Source: Euglena gracilis
Taxonomy: Eukaryota
Assembly (NCBI GenBank): GCA_039621445.1
Contig: CP154954.1
Coordinates: forward strand, 16,956,589 to 17,020,588
Direction: 5' to 3'
Length of the DNA: 64,000 nucleotides
Each line of letters opens with the position of its first letter. Position 1 is the stretch's first letter. Both the position numbers and the translations under genes were made by a program. Below, piece after piece: positions 11,748 to 55,646 of the stretch. The notes under the pieces are model-generated. The model did not search any database. It was not told where the DNA came from and saw only the letters and a program-made list of their open reading frames with translations.

Positions 11748-14700
11748 ATACAGAATATCAATTAAAACCTATTTCCTGGGCCCGACACCTGTCTTGAATT
11801 TCTACAGACACTAACGGATTTCAGGCGGAATCCGTTAGCGTAAAACAATTTCCAAGACAGGCGATCGTTAGTGTAAAACGATTTCCAACACAGGGATCCG
11901 TTGGTGTAAAATGATTTCCAAGACAGGCGATCGCTTTCATAAACAAAAAGGTCCTAAAAAGGCAAGATGTGAGGAGCAAACAAAACACAGCTGAGGCAGC
12001 GGTGCTGTTGATCACGGTGGACGACGAAACGAAAGGGGGGACCCCGCATCGGTGCATATTTTTCATAGAGCCCACGACAAACGACAGATTTTTTTGCCCA
12101 TCAACTTGGCTCAACAACAGGGATTTTTGTGGTCCTCCTCTGTTCCTCCTCTGTCAAAATCCCAGGTGCTATTTGTTGAGCAGTTTCCATGGCACGCACC
12201 CCTCTTTCACGTTTGAGCACTGCAGCAAATTCATTCAGCAACGGAAACGGTTCGCCCGCTTAGCCATTAAGAACAAAAACTGAGGACAAGAAGAACATGT
12301 CACCATCGTCAAAGAGCAAACGATTTCCAAGACAGGGATTCGTTAGAAAACGGCCAAAACTCAAGCCAGGTGCATCGGTCGAATGAATTTTCAAGACAGG
12401 CGTGCGGGCCCAGACGAAATAGGTTTTAGTAAATCAACAGACACTAACGATTTCAGCAGGGGCGCCGGGCCGCTCGCTTCGCTCGCACGGCCCGGCGCCC
12501 CTGCTGAAATTGTTAGCGTCTGTTGATTTACATAGAAAGCTCTTTCCAAGACCTTTCAAATGATGCCCACAGAGCTCAACCACACTTCGCAGGGCTCTGA
12601 AAATCGCCAATCGCATGTTCCGCCCTTTTTTTACAAATTCCAAATTCCACTGTTCCCCTGCAATGTTACCCATGGATTGAAAGCTCTTCTCAAGGGCAAC
12701 CGGAAGATGGCCTCGGGTTTCAGCCACACTGTATGGTGTTCTTATTTTCTAAATTCCCCCAAAATCGCCAAAAGGATTTATTGCACAAAAATACTCCAAA
12801 TACAGGTCAATACCCCCCCCAAAAAACTACTCAGATAAGGTTGCCACATCTCAGCAAACCATTTGGACACTTTTTGGCACTTTTCATTTTGGCCGACTAA
12901 GTTCATTACGGTGCACCAGGGCTGGAGGTACAGGTTTGGAAAAACACCCATACGTATAAGTCCACCACGTATACCTATACCTAACCTCCATTATTTTCCC
13001 TCAAAACCCTTTCATTACCAAACATATAAGAGATATAGGAGACATAGCTGGCATGTCCTCCTGGCAGCGGTGATGACCCCCAAGTCCCCAGAGTCATCGC
13101 ATGATGGATGGTCAAACCTCAGAGAAGTCTGAGCTGCCCCCCGGAGGATTGTTCCCGGTTGGGTGGGGTGTGGGCTGGGCCGGGGTCGGCATTGGTTTCG
13201 CTTTTAGCGTACACGAAATCGCACAGCACAACAGGTGCGCACTGGTCGGCCACTCTGGAATCCAAAAGAATTTGACCCAAAACCGTGAAAAAAAGGCCAA
13301 AAAATTTTCCGGTGCCTTTGGCGCCGGGTCACTTTTGTGGTTTTTGGCCGACCCTCCCCGGGGGGGGGAGGGGTCCGGGCCAAAAACCCGTCAGTCACTC
13401 TGAAAAAACCAACCCCCCCGGGGGGGGCAGTGACTAAGTGATTATGTGGTCCGGACCCCCCCCCTCCAGCTTGCAGGGAGGGACCCCCTCCCACCTGAAC
13501 AATGGCGCGGTCCTGGTGACTGGTTTTCAGGCCGCACAAAGATTCAGGCCGAAAAATTTTGACCCCAAAAATGACCAAAAGCGCCATTTTGGGCACATTT
13601 TGGGCAAAAAAATGCCAAAAATGCAAAAAAAGACTCGGTGCAAAGCGTCGGAAGGGAAAATTTGACTTTGAGGGGGGGGGACACCCCCCCACCCACACCC
13701 CGTATGCCCTCCTTATATCGAACCCTGACGACCCCCCCCCTTGGCACCTCATTCAAAATCGGCTGATTTTCTGGCCCGGACTTCGGCCAGACCGGAATGA
13801 CGCGTGCCCCCCCCCCGGTAAAAAATGCAGGGATGGGTGAGATGGTCCGCCCAGTTGGCTGGCCAGCCTGCGGCCGGCTGGCCCGGCCTCTGGCCGGGCT
13901 GGACCCAATTTTATTTTACTCGACCCCCAGGGGGGGGGGGGTTGTCCCACCCACAGGTTCATTTAACACTTGTGTGGTGGATTGGTTTTTTTTTATGGGT
14001 GGGTGGGTTAGGACCGCTGGCGTCTTTTTTAAAAAATTTTTTTCAAAAAAGCCATTGAGGGGTATGGGCAAAAAAAATTGCTTCCATTCGCAGCATTTTT
14101 TTGAGCCCCCCCCCCCTGCTTGGTCAAAAATGGAACCAAAATGGAATGGTTTCTACTACAAAAGGGGGGGGCGGACGGCGGTTCCGTCCTTCGGACGGAA
14201 CCGGCGTCCGGAACACCGGGTTTTGGACAGAACCGGCGTCCGCCCCCCCTTGTTTAAAGCGGCGTTTTAGAGACGCCGGGCTCAGGACCGAACCGGCGTC
14301 CCCACCCTTCGGCCAAAGGACACTCCCAGGACCAATCTCCGACCACTGATCTGCAATGTCACACCACTTTGCACTTCACCAAATTCCGGCGATCGCGAGG
14401 GTATTTCTGGCTGTGTCAATCGTCCAGGTACAAAGTCACCCCTCAATCGAAAGATCTTTTCATCAGACAACTGGCGATCACCACCAAATTCAGCCACGTC
14501 GCCTGGAGCTCTTATTTTCTGTCACTGGGAAATCCTAATTTCACAACTCTGGTGCCCCCCAGGACCCCTCAGGTGGTCGATTCGAAGAGAAAAAACGTTT
14601 CTGTAGGGTTTATTCAGCATCTTAAACCAAAAGTCACTGAAGATTGCTACAAGTGTCGACTCAGATTCTGGCCGATCCGACGATCGCGAGCGTATCTCGG

Positions 14701-14959
14701 GCTGCGTGCAACGTTAGGGTACCAAGTTACCCCTCGGTCGAAAGTTCTTTTCAACAGACGACCAGCGGTGCTCATCAGATCTTTCCACGCCGCATGGTAA
14801 CCCCCCCCCCTCACTTATAACCCGGGGGTTATAGGATCCTGTTTAGTGGTTGGCCCCGAGGGGGGGTTATAAGCGGGGGGGGGTTACAGCCTTGGCGGTT
14901 CTCTTTGCCTTCTCATGGCTTCCGGGGGGGGGGGGGTATAAGTCACGGTTTAGTGCTTG

Positions 14960-14972
14960 NNNNNNNNNNNNN
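14960..14972. other. Assembly gap (13 N)
   Basis: Run of 13 N. Confidence 0.99.
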
Positions 14973-17260
14973 AGAAATCCCATCCCAGCACATTCACTCA
15001 ATGCAAAAAAATCCACCGGAAATGATAGTCGAAAAAAATGGTTATATTTTGGGGGAAATGGGTCGACTTCGGTGGGGGGGGGGGTGATTTCTGGCATCTG
15101 TGGACCATCCCCCATCCGCCCGAAACGTCGAAAAAATGCGTCTTTCGACTTTTCAATTTTGGTGCCGTTCGAGCCCCGGACCGACCCTCGGCGGCCCTTA
15201 GGCCCAAGGGAGGTCCTTGAGGGGCGGTCCTTAACGGTAGGGGAAAATAGCATCCCGTCGCTTCGGGACTGCCGCCCTGACGTAAGCCCCCCCCTCCCCA
15301 AATACAAAGTTTGCCCAAATACAAATACAAAGGTTTTGATATTGCCGCCCAAATACAAAGCCCCCCCCCAGTGTAAAACCCGCCAAGGGTGCCATTCAGG
15401 GTAAAGGCGTAAAAATTTTGGGTGAATATTACAAATTTTCACAATAAATTCTCAAGTTTGGATAGAAATGGTGCATTTTGGTAAAACAAGGAAGTGCACA
15501 ACCCAAATTTTGGCATAGGTGTTATTTGACTTTGGCCGAAGGCCACCAAAGATCATAGAAGACACCCAAAAAAAGTTTGTCCCCCCAAATGTGAAGCCCC
15601 CCCAAATATGCAATGCCGGGGGGGGTTCATGTTTGGGCTTAAGGGCAGGTGGGATGGTCAGACAACACACCCCTGCCGAAATTGCATCGACAAAAATCAC
15701 CGCCAGTCCACTTTGTGCAGAGAAGCCAGCAGGAAGCACATAGTTCATTTCAGAATGTTTAAAATAAAAGCATTCAGCCAAAAGCATGCTGTCTACTCAA
15801 CCACAGGGAAGATCAAGGAGTCATTCAGGCCGAAGGAGATTTTTCACTCCAGGCGAGAGGTCGGGTCAGCCGGCATGGAGCTCAAACTTCAGTACAATCC
15901 ACTCATCCACCCCCCCCCCAAGGGAATGCAGGCTGCTAACGGGAACAATGCATAAACTTGGACATAAAGTTGGGGACCCCCGGACGCCCCCCGCCTTGCC
16001 ATTCCAGTCCCGAAATGAACAGGGGAGGGGAGGTCCGAGCCCCTCCCTCCCCCCTATGTCCAATTGACCCCAACGGGGGTCCAAATGGGTTCCCAGACTG
16101 GGTTCCCGAAATGTGGCACATTTGTGATGGTTGGCCGCTGGAATGCCCGAAATTTGCCGAAAATCAACCAAATTCGCCCAAAATGGTCGACGTTGGGATG
16201 GCTAGAGACTCCACTGAAGGCCCTCTTCTGCTGCTGATACGTTGCCCTTAGCCGCCAGGTGCTCAGAATCGACACAAGTGATTTTCCCATTCCACTTTTG
16301 CTGGCCAAAGTTTCAAACACGAGCTGTGGCGACCTCTTTAACGTGTCAAAACAGGGTGATTCGTTGCACTTCTCGGGGTCCAAACCCTGAGACACTCTAG
16401 CCATGTTTGGGTAATATGTCCGATGATCGCCTCCAGTCGGAGTTTCAAGCACGGCAAACTGAAACAGACGGACGCGTCTCAAGTTCGCACACACAGGCAC
16501 ATGATTTTGGCCAAAATCTTTAAGTGCTGCTTTGGCCGATTAAGGTGGAGGTGATGACTGTGTGGGCCACAAGAATTCATCTCCAACACACCATTTCTCT
16601 CACCGTACCTCTGTGCCCAGGGCAGCCACGGAAACCAAAAGCACACTGAGGTTTTTCACATTGGCTGTTGCAAGAAGTGATGAAAGTCCTAGCCAATCAC
16701 CCTGGAACTAAACCCCCCAAATATAAATCCCCCCCGAAATGGAGCCAGACGGTGGTGCTATTCAGGAAAGAGCAGAAAATTTTGGGGGGGATAGAGCAAT
16801 TTTTTTCAACAGAAATGCTCCATTTTGGATAAAATTGCGTGTTTTTGGGGGAAGTAGGAGGTATACAACGAAAACTTAGCATAAAACTGGTATTTGACTG
16901 CAGTTGAAGGCTGCCAACTCTGTGGAGCCCACCCAGAAGAGCTTGATTTCTCCCCCCAATTTAAAGCCCCAGCCCCCTCCCAATATAAAGCAATGGGCGG
17001 GATTTCAAAACCCTGGGGGGCTAGAAATCCCGCCGACATATAAAGCCAGGGGGACTTCAAATTTGGGTGGGTTGTGTTACTGCCATGTGCTGCCAAAAGC
17101 TGATTTCTTTGCCTTAATTGGCTGAAAGGGAGAACCCCAGCAAAAAAAAAAAAGGAAAGATGCCGCAAAGAAACACAAACATGTGTCAAAAGAAAGCAAG
17201 TGAGGGTAGCAAACTGGGGCAGGAAAGGCGAGGCAGCGCTTATGGAGGGCCAATGAGCGG

Positions 17261-46907
<29,647 letters not shown>

Positions 46908-48311
46908 GGCCAACAGGGGTTGCTGAAAGCAGGAAAACAACTTTACACATTTTCACTTCCGACGCTGTGCACAAGAGATGGCAAAAAAACATTTTTTCCT
47001 CTGTAAATTTGGGGATGGTGATTCCTAATTTGGTGTCAAATTCCTAATTTTAGGTGTGGGGATTCCTAGTTTTTTTATTTTTCTCCAAAAATTCGTGCTC
47101 GGTGATTCCTAATTGACCGCCTAAAATGCGTTCCCCCCGTGACCCCCCCCCCCGTGACCCCCCCCCCGTGACCCGAACCACCCCCAGAGGCATCATGGAT
47201 AATGGGTAAACATTTTCTAAATTATACATTTTTTGGTTCCCAATGATACCAGCCTTGCATCTGAATGTGTGTGAATTAAAAGGACGAGAGGAAAATCAGT
47301 TCTTTTCACAATTTGAAATTTAAAGTTCAATTATTTCATTGAATATTTTCATTTTGAATTTAAAATTTCTAAAATTCATTTTCAAAATTGAAAATTCAAA
47401 ACAATTTCATTTTGAAATGTAAAAATTTCAAATGAGAATCGAAATTTACAAATTTCAGATATAATTGAATTGAAAAAAAAAATTCAAATTGAAGTTTGCA
47501 ATCAAAATTCAAATGACATGGAATGCAAAAAAAACCTTGCATTTTTCATTTCTCAAAATTTTGATATTGCAAATTAATCATGCTGTGTGTGCCTGAAAAG
47601 GGACCTGCCTTCTGATCTCACGATCCGCAACACATTGCACCACAAACAAGAGAGTCAGAAGTTGACAGATACATCCATTAATTACTGTCATCAACTGCAA
47701 GTAAAGAAGATTGTTGCCCGTTGGCTGAGTTTGGTCGTCAAAAATTCAAAAATGGGGTTGGGTTATGGTGAATGATGAAAGCGAAAATTTGCAAATAGTG
47801 AGTGCACAATTGTTTGTACCACCGATATTCACAGGAGTCTATTGTTTTCTTGGGGGAGGCAAAAATATCATTTCCAAAAGAAAACTATTCCAACATCCGA
47901 ACAGCCCCTGCCAATCGGCGATTTATCCTTTTTGAAGACGAGGGATGGGGATGTCCACCAGAAATGTTGACAAAAAACCCCACTCTTTTTTGAGGATAGG
48001 CATTCTTCGGTGGATAGAGTTGGCATTTTTTTCCCCATCATTGAAGCCTGGAACTTAGTGTTGAACAATTTGTGCAGTTTGCACAGAGTCTGCACAGAAA
48101 AGCCTGGGGTCTTTTTGTGATTTTCTTTGATTTCCCATCATTTTCGAGAAAACATAATAAAAATACTTTTGAAAAAAATTCGACCCTGAAATGACCGAAA
48201 AGCGGCACAGCAAAAGAGGTGTGTTGGGACAGTATGAATTTGACTATGGCCATAAAATGGCCACAGTAGCCACGAACGATGGGGGACCGCGGTGCCGTGG
48301 TCGCCCAGGAC

Positions 48312-49565
48312 CAAGCACCTTCGGTCACCCACCCCTTTGGGCCCCGCATCGCCCTGCATCGCCCTGCATCGCCCTGCATCGCCCTGCATCGCCTTGCATC
48401 GCCCGAGAGCCATCCAATTGTGCCCTATAACCGAAGGCCAAAGTTCCTAGCCCGAACCTCAGGCAACCCCTAGGCAACCTTACAGTCAACCCCCAGGCAA
48501 CCATCAGGCACATCCACACAAAATCCTCGTTGCTCACACTTTGCATCGGCCAGACTACAAAAGAGCATGCAGCACACAGGGAAGCAGAGAGTCAGTCACG
48601 GTGAGGTGAAGGTTAGTGTCAGGGTCAAAATGACAGCACCGTCAATGACTCATGTAGGAATCAGGCACACAAATACAGCAGGGGCACTGGAAAGGTACTG
48701 CAAACACGACCACCTCACCCTCCAGCACCCGCAGCTCCTCCAGCCGGTCCCACCGCTGCCTCTCCAGCAGCAGCAACCACTGCCGGTCGTGCTTCTCCCG
48801 ACCACGCAGCTTCCTCCACTTAAGGAGAGGACGCTGGTCAGCAAAGGCCTTTGGGGGTCACACTTCCCGGGGGTTCCGCTTCTTGGCCTCCAGCCAACCT
48901 TCCTCGACATCCAACTCGCGATTTTGTGTATTAAATTCGCGGCTCGTTGGATGCCAATCCTTCCAAAGGCGCAGTATGCGCACCCCTACAAGCATCCACG
49001 GATGCACATGATCATGCACATGCCTACAACCGCGACTACAGTCGCCCGTTTATCCCACAACAAAAGATTCCTCCCATAACCTCCCTCTCCCACCGGAGCA
49101 TCCACTCCAGGGAGTCACTCAGGGAAAGCCAGACAAGCCAGGGAGGAACATCGTCGACTCAGGTACGAAGCAAGCACCAATGTGGAGGATGTACGCAGGT
49201 ATGCAGCAGGGGCACGATACCTTCGGCTCCAGGGGAGTTGCACACCTCCCGGAGGGGGACGGAGAGGTCCAGCACGGCAGCAGAGGCAGAGGCACGGGCA
49301 GACATGAAGGGCAGGCTGGAGTGGTCTGCGGGGGAGGGAGGGACGAGACAACAGAGGTGTACCCAGCAGTATGGGCCCAAATATGGACCCCACTTCAGCC
49401 ATCCAAAATCCCCGCATCCAAAAAATCCAAAAAAAATCCCCGCATCGCCCTGCATCGCCCTGCATCGGAACCCCACCTTTGGCCTCCAAAATTCCCGCAT
49501 CGCCCTGCATCGCCCTGCATCGCCCTGCATCGCCCTGCATCGCCCTGCATCGCCGAAGGTGCTTG
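48312..49565. mobile_element. hAT-like insertion present only in copy 2, with (GCATCGCCCT)n subterminal arrays
   Basis: TIR CAAGCACCTTCGG/CCGAAGGTGCTTG; TSD CCCAGGAC with an expanded G run on the right; empty site TCCAGGAC near 7346. Confidence 0.85.
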
Positions 49566-52500
49566 CCCAGGGGGACCCCCGAAAACCTTGGCCCAAAACA
49601 CTGTTCTTGGTCTGAAACCAAGGAATTTCCTAAGCCGGACCAACAAGCACCTTTTTTCCCACAGCACCGCCCAGCCGGGCCGCAAACCCCCCCCCCCCCG
49701 GTAATAAAGTTTTTGCAGCCCGGCAAAGCCAGGCTGGACCAAAAAATCGGTGAAATTTTTGAAAAAGGGGGGCCAAAAATGGCCAAAAATAACTGTTCTT
49801 TTTATTTGGAGGGGGGGTCACCTCAAAAAAATTAAATAAAAAATGCATCACAGGGGGTGGAGGTCCAGGGAGGTCGTTCGAACCTGGCTGCTGGGCTGGA
49901 CCCGGCTTTTTCCAGCCAGCCGGCCGGGAGAGTGGTGATGTGCTCTTTCTTTGGCTGGGGGAGCCTTGGAGATATTCGTCCCATAGGGCTGCAAGGTCAC
50001 CTAAACCCCCCCAAATATAAACCCCCCAAATACAACCCCCCCCCCCCCGAGTATGGAATCGTGTATGGAGGCTCTGGGTTCACATCCGAACCGGTGTCTT
50101 GGACACCGGTTCGGGCGGGAAACCGGTGACTTGGACTGAAGAAACAGGACAGAAATGCAAAAGGCCAGATTCATTTGGAATTCGGTGCAAAGAGGTGCGA
50201 AACGACCAATAAGGCAAACCGGACAGTACCACAGCCGCAGCACTAAAACGAAGGCAACTGTTTTGCCTGAGGGATCAGACACGGCTAGTTATTTACCATC
50301 AGGGCACAGCCAGGACCCGTAACGGGGGGGGGATGACCAACCCTGCACAGGCGCAATGCAACGGCAAGTGGCAGACATCGCAAACGACTTTACGCTTGCC
50401 GCCACAGAGGCCCATGGCACCCCCACAGTTTGGACAGTGGTCCGCATCCCCCAACTCCATCTTCGCTTTCATCTCCTTCGGAAGAGAAGCAGCATTGAAA
50501 AAAGCACAAAGTTGTGGATTATGTGACTGCACCGAAGGCACAAACGAGCCAACATGGGAGGGCGCTTCCCTGTACAACGCAGCCAAAGTGTTGACCATCG
50601 TGGTCAGCGTGGAAGGGAACCAGGACTGATCCTGCACCTTGGCATTAAAATAAACTTCTTCGCATTGGGCGGTGTCTGCCTGTTGCTTCTCGTCACCGTG
50701 ATCAAAAGACACGTGACCTTTACCGTCCAAAGAGCAAATGCCAAGAGCCAATCGTCAAATGTTGCCCCACGCAGCTCGCAAACCTTTTGGAAATGCCGGG
50801 CAGCTGCCAGCACCACCATTTTGCCTTTCGCAAGACTACCATGGGGGCAACTGTTGTCAAATGTTCCCCCAAACAAAAGTGAGTGGGCTGCTAGAGGTGC
50901 GGCGGCGGCCTCAAGACTAGCCAAAGATTCTGCTGGGATGGGGGGCAGCGCACTGGTGCACACGGTAGTAACCTGGCCGGTGTCATTAAGAAAAAACCTG
51001 CCAAGGAAGCAATACGTGACCGTGCGTCCCTAGACACCGGTTCGGAAGCCTCCGATACACGGTTTCAAGAACTGCGTCCAAGACACCAGTTCGGGCGTGA
51101 AATCAGTGACTAGGACACCGGGTTCACGCCCGAACTGGTGTCTTGGACACAGTTCTCGATATAAATGGGGCTGACCAAATACAAACCCTCCCCAAAAAAT
51201 GAAGTATCAGCTTCGGGTCCATCACCTCCTGACTCCTCGGAAGTTCGTGATTCAGTGGCCTCGGCACTCGAACCGACCGAAATCGAGACACCAAGGGAGT
51301 CTTCGGAGAGATACTTTTTATTGGAAGCAAAACCAAGATACGCTCGCGATCGTCGGATCGGCCAGAATCTGAGTCGAAAATTGTGGTGATTTTTGGTGCT
51401 GCTTGGTTTAAGACACTTAATGAACCATAGAAAAACGATTTTTCTCTTCGAATCAACGACCAGGGTCCAGGAGGGCACAAGAACTGTGAAATTAGGACTT
51501 CCCTGGGACAAGAAATGGGAGTACTGTGTGGTGCGGCTGAATTTGGTGGTGATCACGAGTCGTCTGATGAAAAGAGCTTTCGATTGAGGGGCAAGTTTGT
51601 ACTGAACGATTGACACAGCCGGCGTCTGTCAAGGAATGGGCGCAAGTCGATTGGGCGGTCGGGTCGACTAGTCGGCCCAACCAGTCGAATCGACTCGCTC
51701 CATTTGGGCACGGGTGGTCGAGTCGACTTTGGGCGGATGAGCCGACCAAGCCGATCCGACCGCCCAACACAGTCCTTGCCCGCCCATGCGTGTTTTTAGC
51801 CCCCCCCCCCAAGAAAAAAATCCACCGATTGAAGTTTTCACATATTTGCTTCCATGGGCTGACCCAGCAAAGGAAGGGGCAACAGACAAGACTAGAAAGC
51901 CTTGGGAGAGGAGGTTTTCTTTACCAAGCACCCCTTGGCTCCATCGTGGCAGGGACGAATTGTACGCCGCCCGGGGGGGGGGGGGGGGGCAGAGTCAAGA
52001 ATGCCGCTGAAAAGTTGGTGGATTCGACCACCAACCCGTATTGAAAAACAAGCGCAACCTTCCCAAGGGTTCATTTTTTCAACACAGACATAACTCCCTC
52101 CAATTGCAAACACCCCGGGGGCCTTGAAATGCTGCCTGAATATAAACATGGGGGGTTAAACTTGACAGCATACGGACAAATGGTTCATCCGGCGGGGGGA
52201 TACCATGTGGTTCCACCTGGGCCCCACTTTCGGGGAAAGTCGTGATCCTTCAGATAGGATCAGGGTCATGGCCGGACTGCTGCGGACTCTCTTTTTTTTT
52301 GGATTCCGGAAGAAGTTAATTTCCGGAAGGATTCCGGAAGAAGTTTTTGGGGATTTTTTCCCTTAAAAATTATCCCTGTTTGACACATGGCCTTGCCCAT
52401 CGATTGAAAGCTCTCCTCAAGGGCTTTCGGTAGATGGCCACAGAAATGCACACTGCGCTCATTTTTGGCGTGACATATTAATTTGAGAAGGCCCACCCTT

Positions 52501-52999
52501 CAGGCACCATACAGCCAGGGCTGGATACAGGTAGAGGTAGAGGTCAAAGTCCTCTACCTCTATCTGACCCACCTCTACCTCTACCTCTACCATAAAATGT
52601 TATAAACTGGCACCAATAAGGGGCCACAAAAGGCTCCAAATGCCTCAAATTTGGCAAATTAGCATCTTAACACATCTTATTTTGGTTAGGAATGAGAAAA
52701 AATATCCGGATGGGTGGTTTCAAAATTGCATAAGAGATTTGTCACAAGAATGGTCAATTTCTGATTTTTTTCATAAAATTGCCTTCGTTCGACATATATT
52801 TTCTTTGATAAGCCACTTTCCTTAAACGTTTGACATTGAGGTGACATAGAGGGATAGCAGAGGTAGAGGGGACCTCAACCTCTACCTCTACCTCTACCTC
52901 TACCTCTATCCCTCTCCCTCTATCCAGCCCTGATACAGAATATCAATTAAAACCTATTTCCTGGGCCCGACACCTGTCTTGAATTTCTACAGACACTAA

Positions 53000-53685
53000 C
53001 GGATTTCAGGCAGAATCCGTTAGCGTAAAACGATTTCCAAGACAGGCGATCGTTAGTGTAAAACGATTTCCAACACAGGGATCCGTTGGTGTAAAACGAT
53101 TTTCAAGACAGGCGATCGCTTTCATAAACAAAAAAGGTCCTAAAAAGGCAAGATGTGAGGAGCAAACAAAACACAGCTGAGGCAGCGGTGCTGTTGATCA
53201 CGGTGGACGACAAAACGAAAGGGGGGGACCCCGCATCGGTGCATATTTTTCATAGAGCCCACGACAAACGACAGAGTTTTTTGCCCATCAACTTGGCTCA
53301 ACAACAGGGATTTTTGTGGTCCTCCTCTGTTCCTCCTCTGTCAAAATCCCAGGTGCTATTCGTTGAGCAGTTTCCATGGCACGCACCCCTCTTTCACGTT
53401 TGAGCACTGCAGCAAATTCATTCAGCAACGGAAACGGTTCGCCCGTTTAGCCATTAAGAACAAAAACTGAGGACAAGAAGAACATGTCACCATCATCAAA
53501 GAGCAAACGATTTCCAAGGCAGGGATTCGTTAGTATAAAACGATTTCCAAGACAGGCGACCGTTAGTGTAAAACGATTTCCAAGACAGGCGACCGTTAGT
53601 GTGAAACGATTTCCAAGACAGGCGACCGTTAGTGTAAAACGATTTCCAAGACAGGGATCTGATAGTGTAAAACGATTTCCAAAAC
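53000..53685 (+). repeat. 33-bp tandem repeat blocks (AAACGATTTCCAAGACAGGCGACCGTTAGTGTA); shorter in copy 1 (11830-11935, 12318-12345)
   Basis: Head-to-tail units with no spacers; copy number differs between the duplicates. Confidence 0.88.
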
Positions 53686-54287
53686 GGCGTACGTTTTCTT
53701 GAAGAAGAAAAAAAAGATGAAAACGGCCAAAACTCAAGCCAGGTGCATCGGTCGGATGAATTTTCAAGACAGGCGTGCGGGCCCAGACGAAATAGGTTTT
53801 AGTAAATCAACAGACACTAACGATTTCAGCAGTGGCGCCGGGCCGTGCGAGCGAAGCGAGCGGCCGGGCGCCCCTGCTGAAATCGTTAGTGTCTGTTGGT
53901 TTACATAGAAAGCTCTTTCCAAGACCTTTCAAATGATGCCCACAGAGCTCAATCACACTTCGCAGGGCTCTGAAAATCGCCAATCGCATGTTCCGCCCTT
54001 TTTTGCAAATTCCAAATTCCACTGTTCCCCTGCAATGTTACCCATGGATTGAAAGCTCTTCTCAAGGGCAACCGGAAGATGGCCTCGGGTTTCAGCCACA
54101 CTGTATGGTGTTCTTATTTTCTAAATTCCCCCAAAATCGCCAAAAGGATTTATTGCACAAAAATACTCCAAATGCAGGTCAATACCCCCCCAAAAAACTA
54201 CTCAGATAAGGTTGCCACATCTCAGCAAACCATTTAGACACTTTTTGGCACTTTTCATTTTGGCCGACTAAGTTCATTACGGTGCAC

Positions 54288-54352
54288 CAGGGCTGGAGGT
54301 ACAGGTTTGGGAAAACACCCATACGTATAAGTCCACCACGTATACCTATACC

Positions 54353-54389
<37 letters not shown>

Positions 54390-55646
54390 GTATACCTATA
54401 CCTAACCTCCATTCTTTTCCCTCAAAACCCTTTCATTACCAAACATATAAGAGATATAGGAGACATAGCTGGCACTTCGTTTAAAACGAAGTTAAAAAAA
54501 CTGTCTTTTTTTAAAAAAAATGTTTTTTTTAAAAAAGCCATTGAGGGGCATGGGCAAAAAAAAATTTGCTTCCGTTTGCAGCATTTTTTTTGAGTCCCCC
54601 CCCCCCCTGCTTGGTCAAAAATGGAACCAAAATGGAATGGTTTCTACTACAAAGGGGGGGGGGCGGACGCCGATTCCGTCCGAAGGACGGAACCGGCGTC
54701 CGGAACACCGGGTTTTGGACAGAACCGGCGTCCGCCCCCCCTTGTTTAAAGCGGCGTTTTAGAGACGCCGGGTTTTAGGATAGAACCTGTCCTGAACCCG
54801 GCGTCTCAAACGCCGGTTTAAGCAAGAAATTGTGAAAATGGAAAAAAAAATGCCCAATTTTGGCCGTTTTTGTGGAAAGGGACCAAAACTCTTTGGTTTT
54901 TGAGTCATTTCAGTTCATTTCAGGTTCAACCTTGCGATCAAAAGGAAAGTTCGGACCATCGTTTTTTCCTTAGTTATTTTCTGTTTTTTTACCGTTTTTT
55001 TAAAAAAAAAAAAAAAAAAAAACAAATAAAAACGTTTTTTTTTTTAATAAGAAAAAGCGGGGTCCAATCAAGATTCAGTCTGAGAACTGCGTGTCACTTC
55101 CCTATGCCACCTCTTGCATTCCTGCCCTTTCCTGCCCATTCACATCCTCTTCCCTACTGCGTAAATGTTTTTCCTTTTTTTTTATGTAAAACTCCGTCCA
55201 CGGCTGCCGTCTGTGCACCCGTGAACCGACCACGGGTGCGCATATGTGAAAACGGGGTCCGTTCACGGGTGCCGTAGTGCGCACCCATGAACGCACCCTC
55301 ACGTGGGGAAGCCCGTGAACGGTTAACGGTTTTAAAAAAACAAAAAAAACACCAGCTATGATAGGAGGTGAGAAAGCCTATACCTATACCTATACCTGTA
55401 CCTATACCTATACCTATACCTATACCTATACCTATACCTATACCTATACCTATACCTATACCTATACCTATACCTATACCTATACCTATACCTATACCTA
55501 TACCTATACCTATACCTATACCTATACCTATACCTATACCTATACCTATACCTATACCTATACCTATACCTATACCTGTACCTGTACCTATACCTATACC
55601 TATACCTATACCTTCCAATATCCCCATATCCCTATATCCAGCCCTG
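54288..55646. mobile_element. MITE with TIR CAGGGCTGGA and a (TATACC)n array; contains the next element
   Basis: CAGGGCTGGA...TCCAGCCCTG; flanks GGTGCAC/GGTGCGC (6 of 7); (TATACC)n at 55378-55612. Confidence 0.7.
54464..55360. mobile_element. MITE with TIR CATAGCTGG and 8-bp TSD
   Basis: ATAGGAGA|CATAGCTGG...CCAGCTATG|ATAGGAGG. Confidence 0.78.

Noticed and set aside
16054-16500. 148-aa minus-strand ORF as a gene
   Set aside because: No recognisable motif or supporting splice structure.
53000-53685. 33-bp repeats as a CRISPR array
   Set aside because: Head-to-tail with no unique spacers, no cas genes, eukaryotic context.
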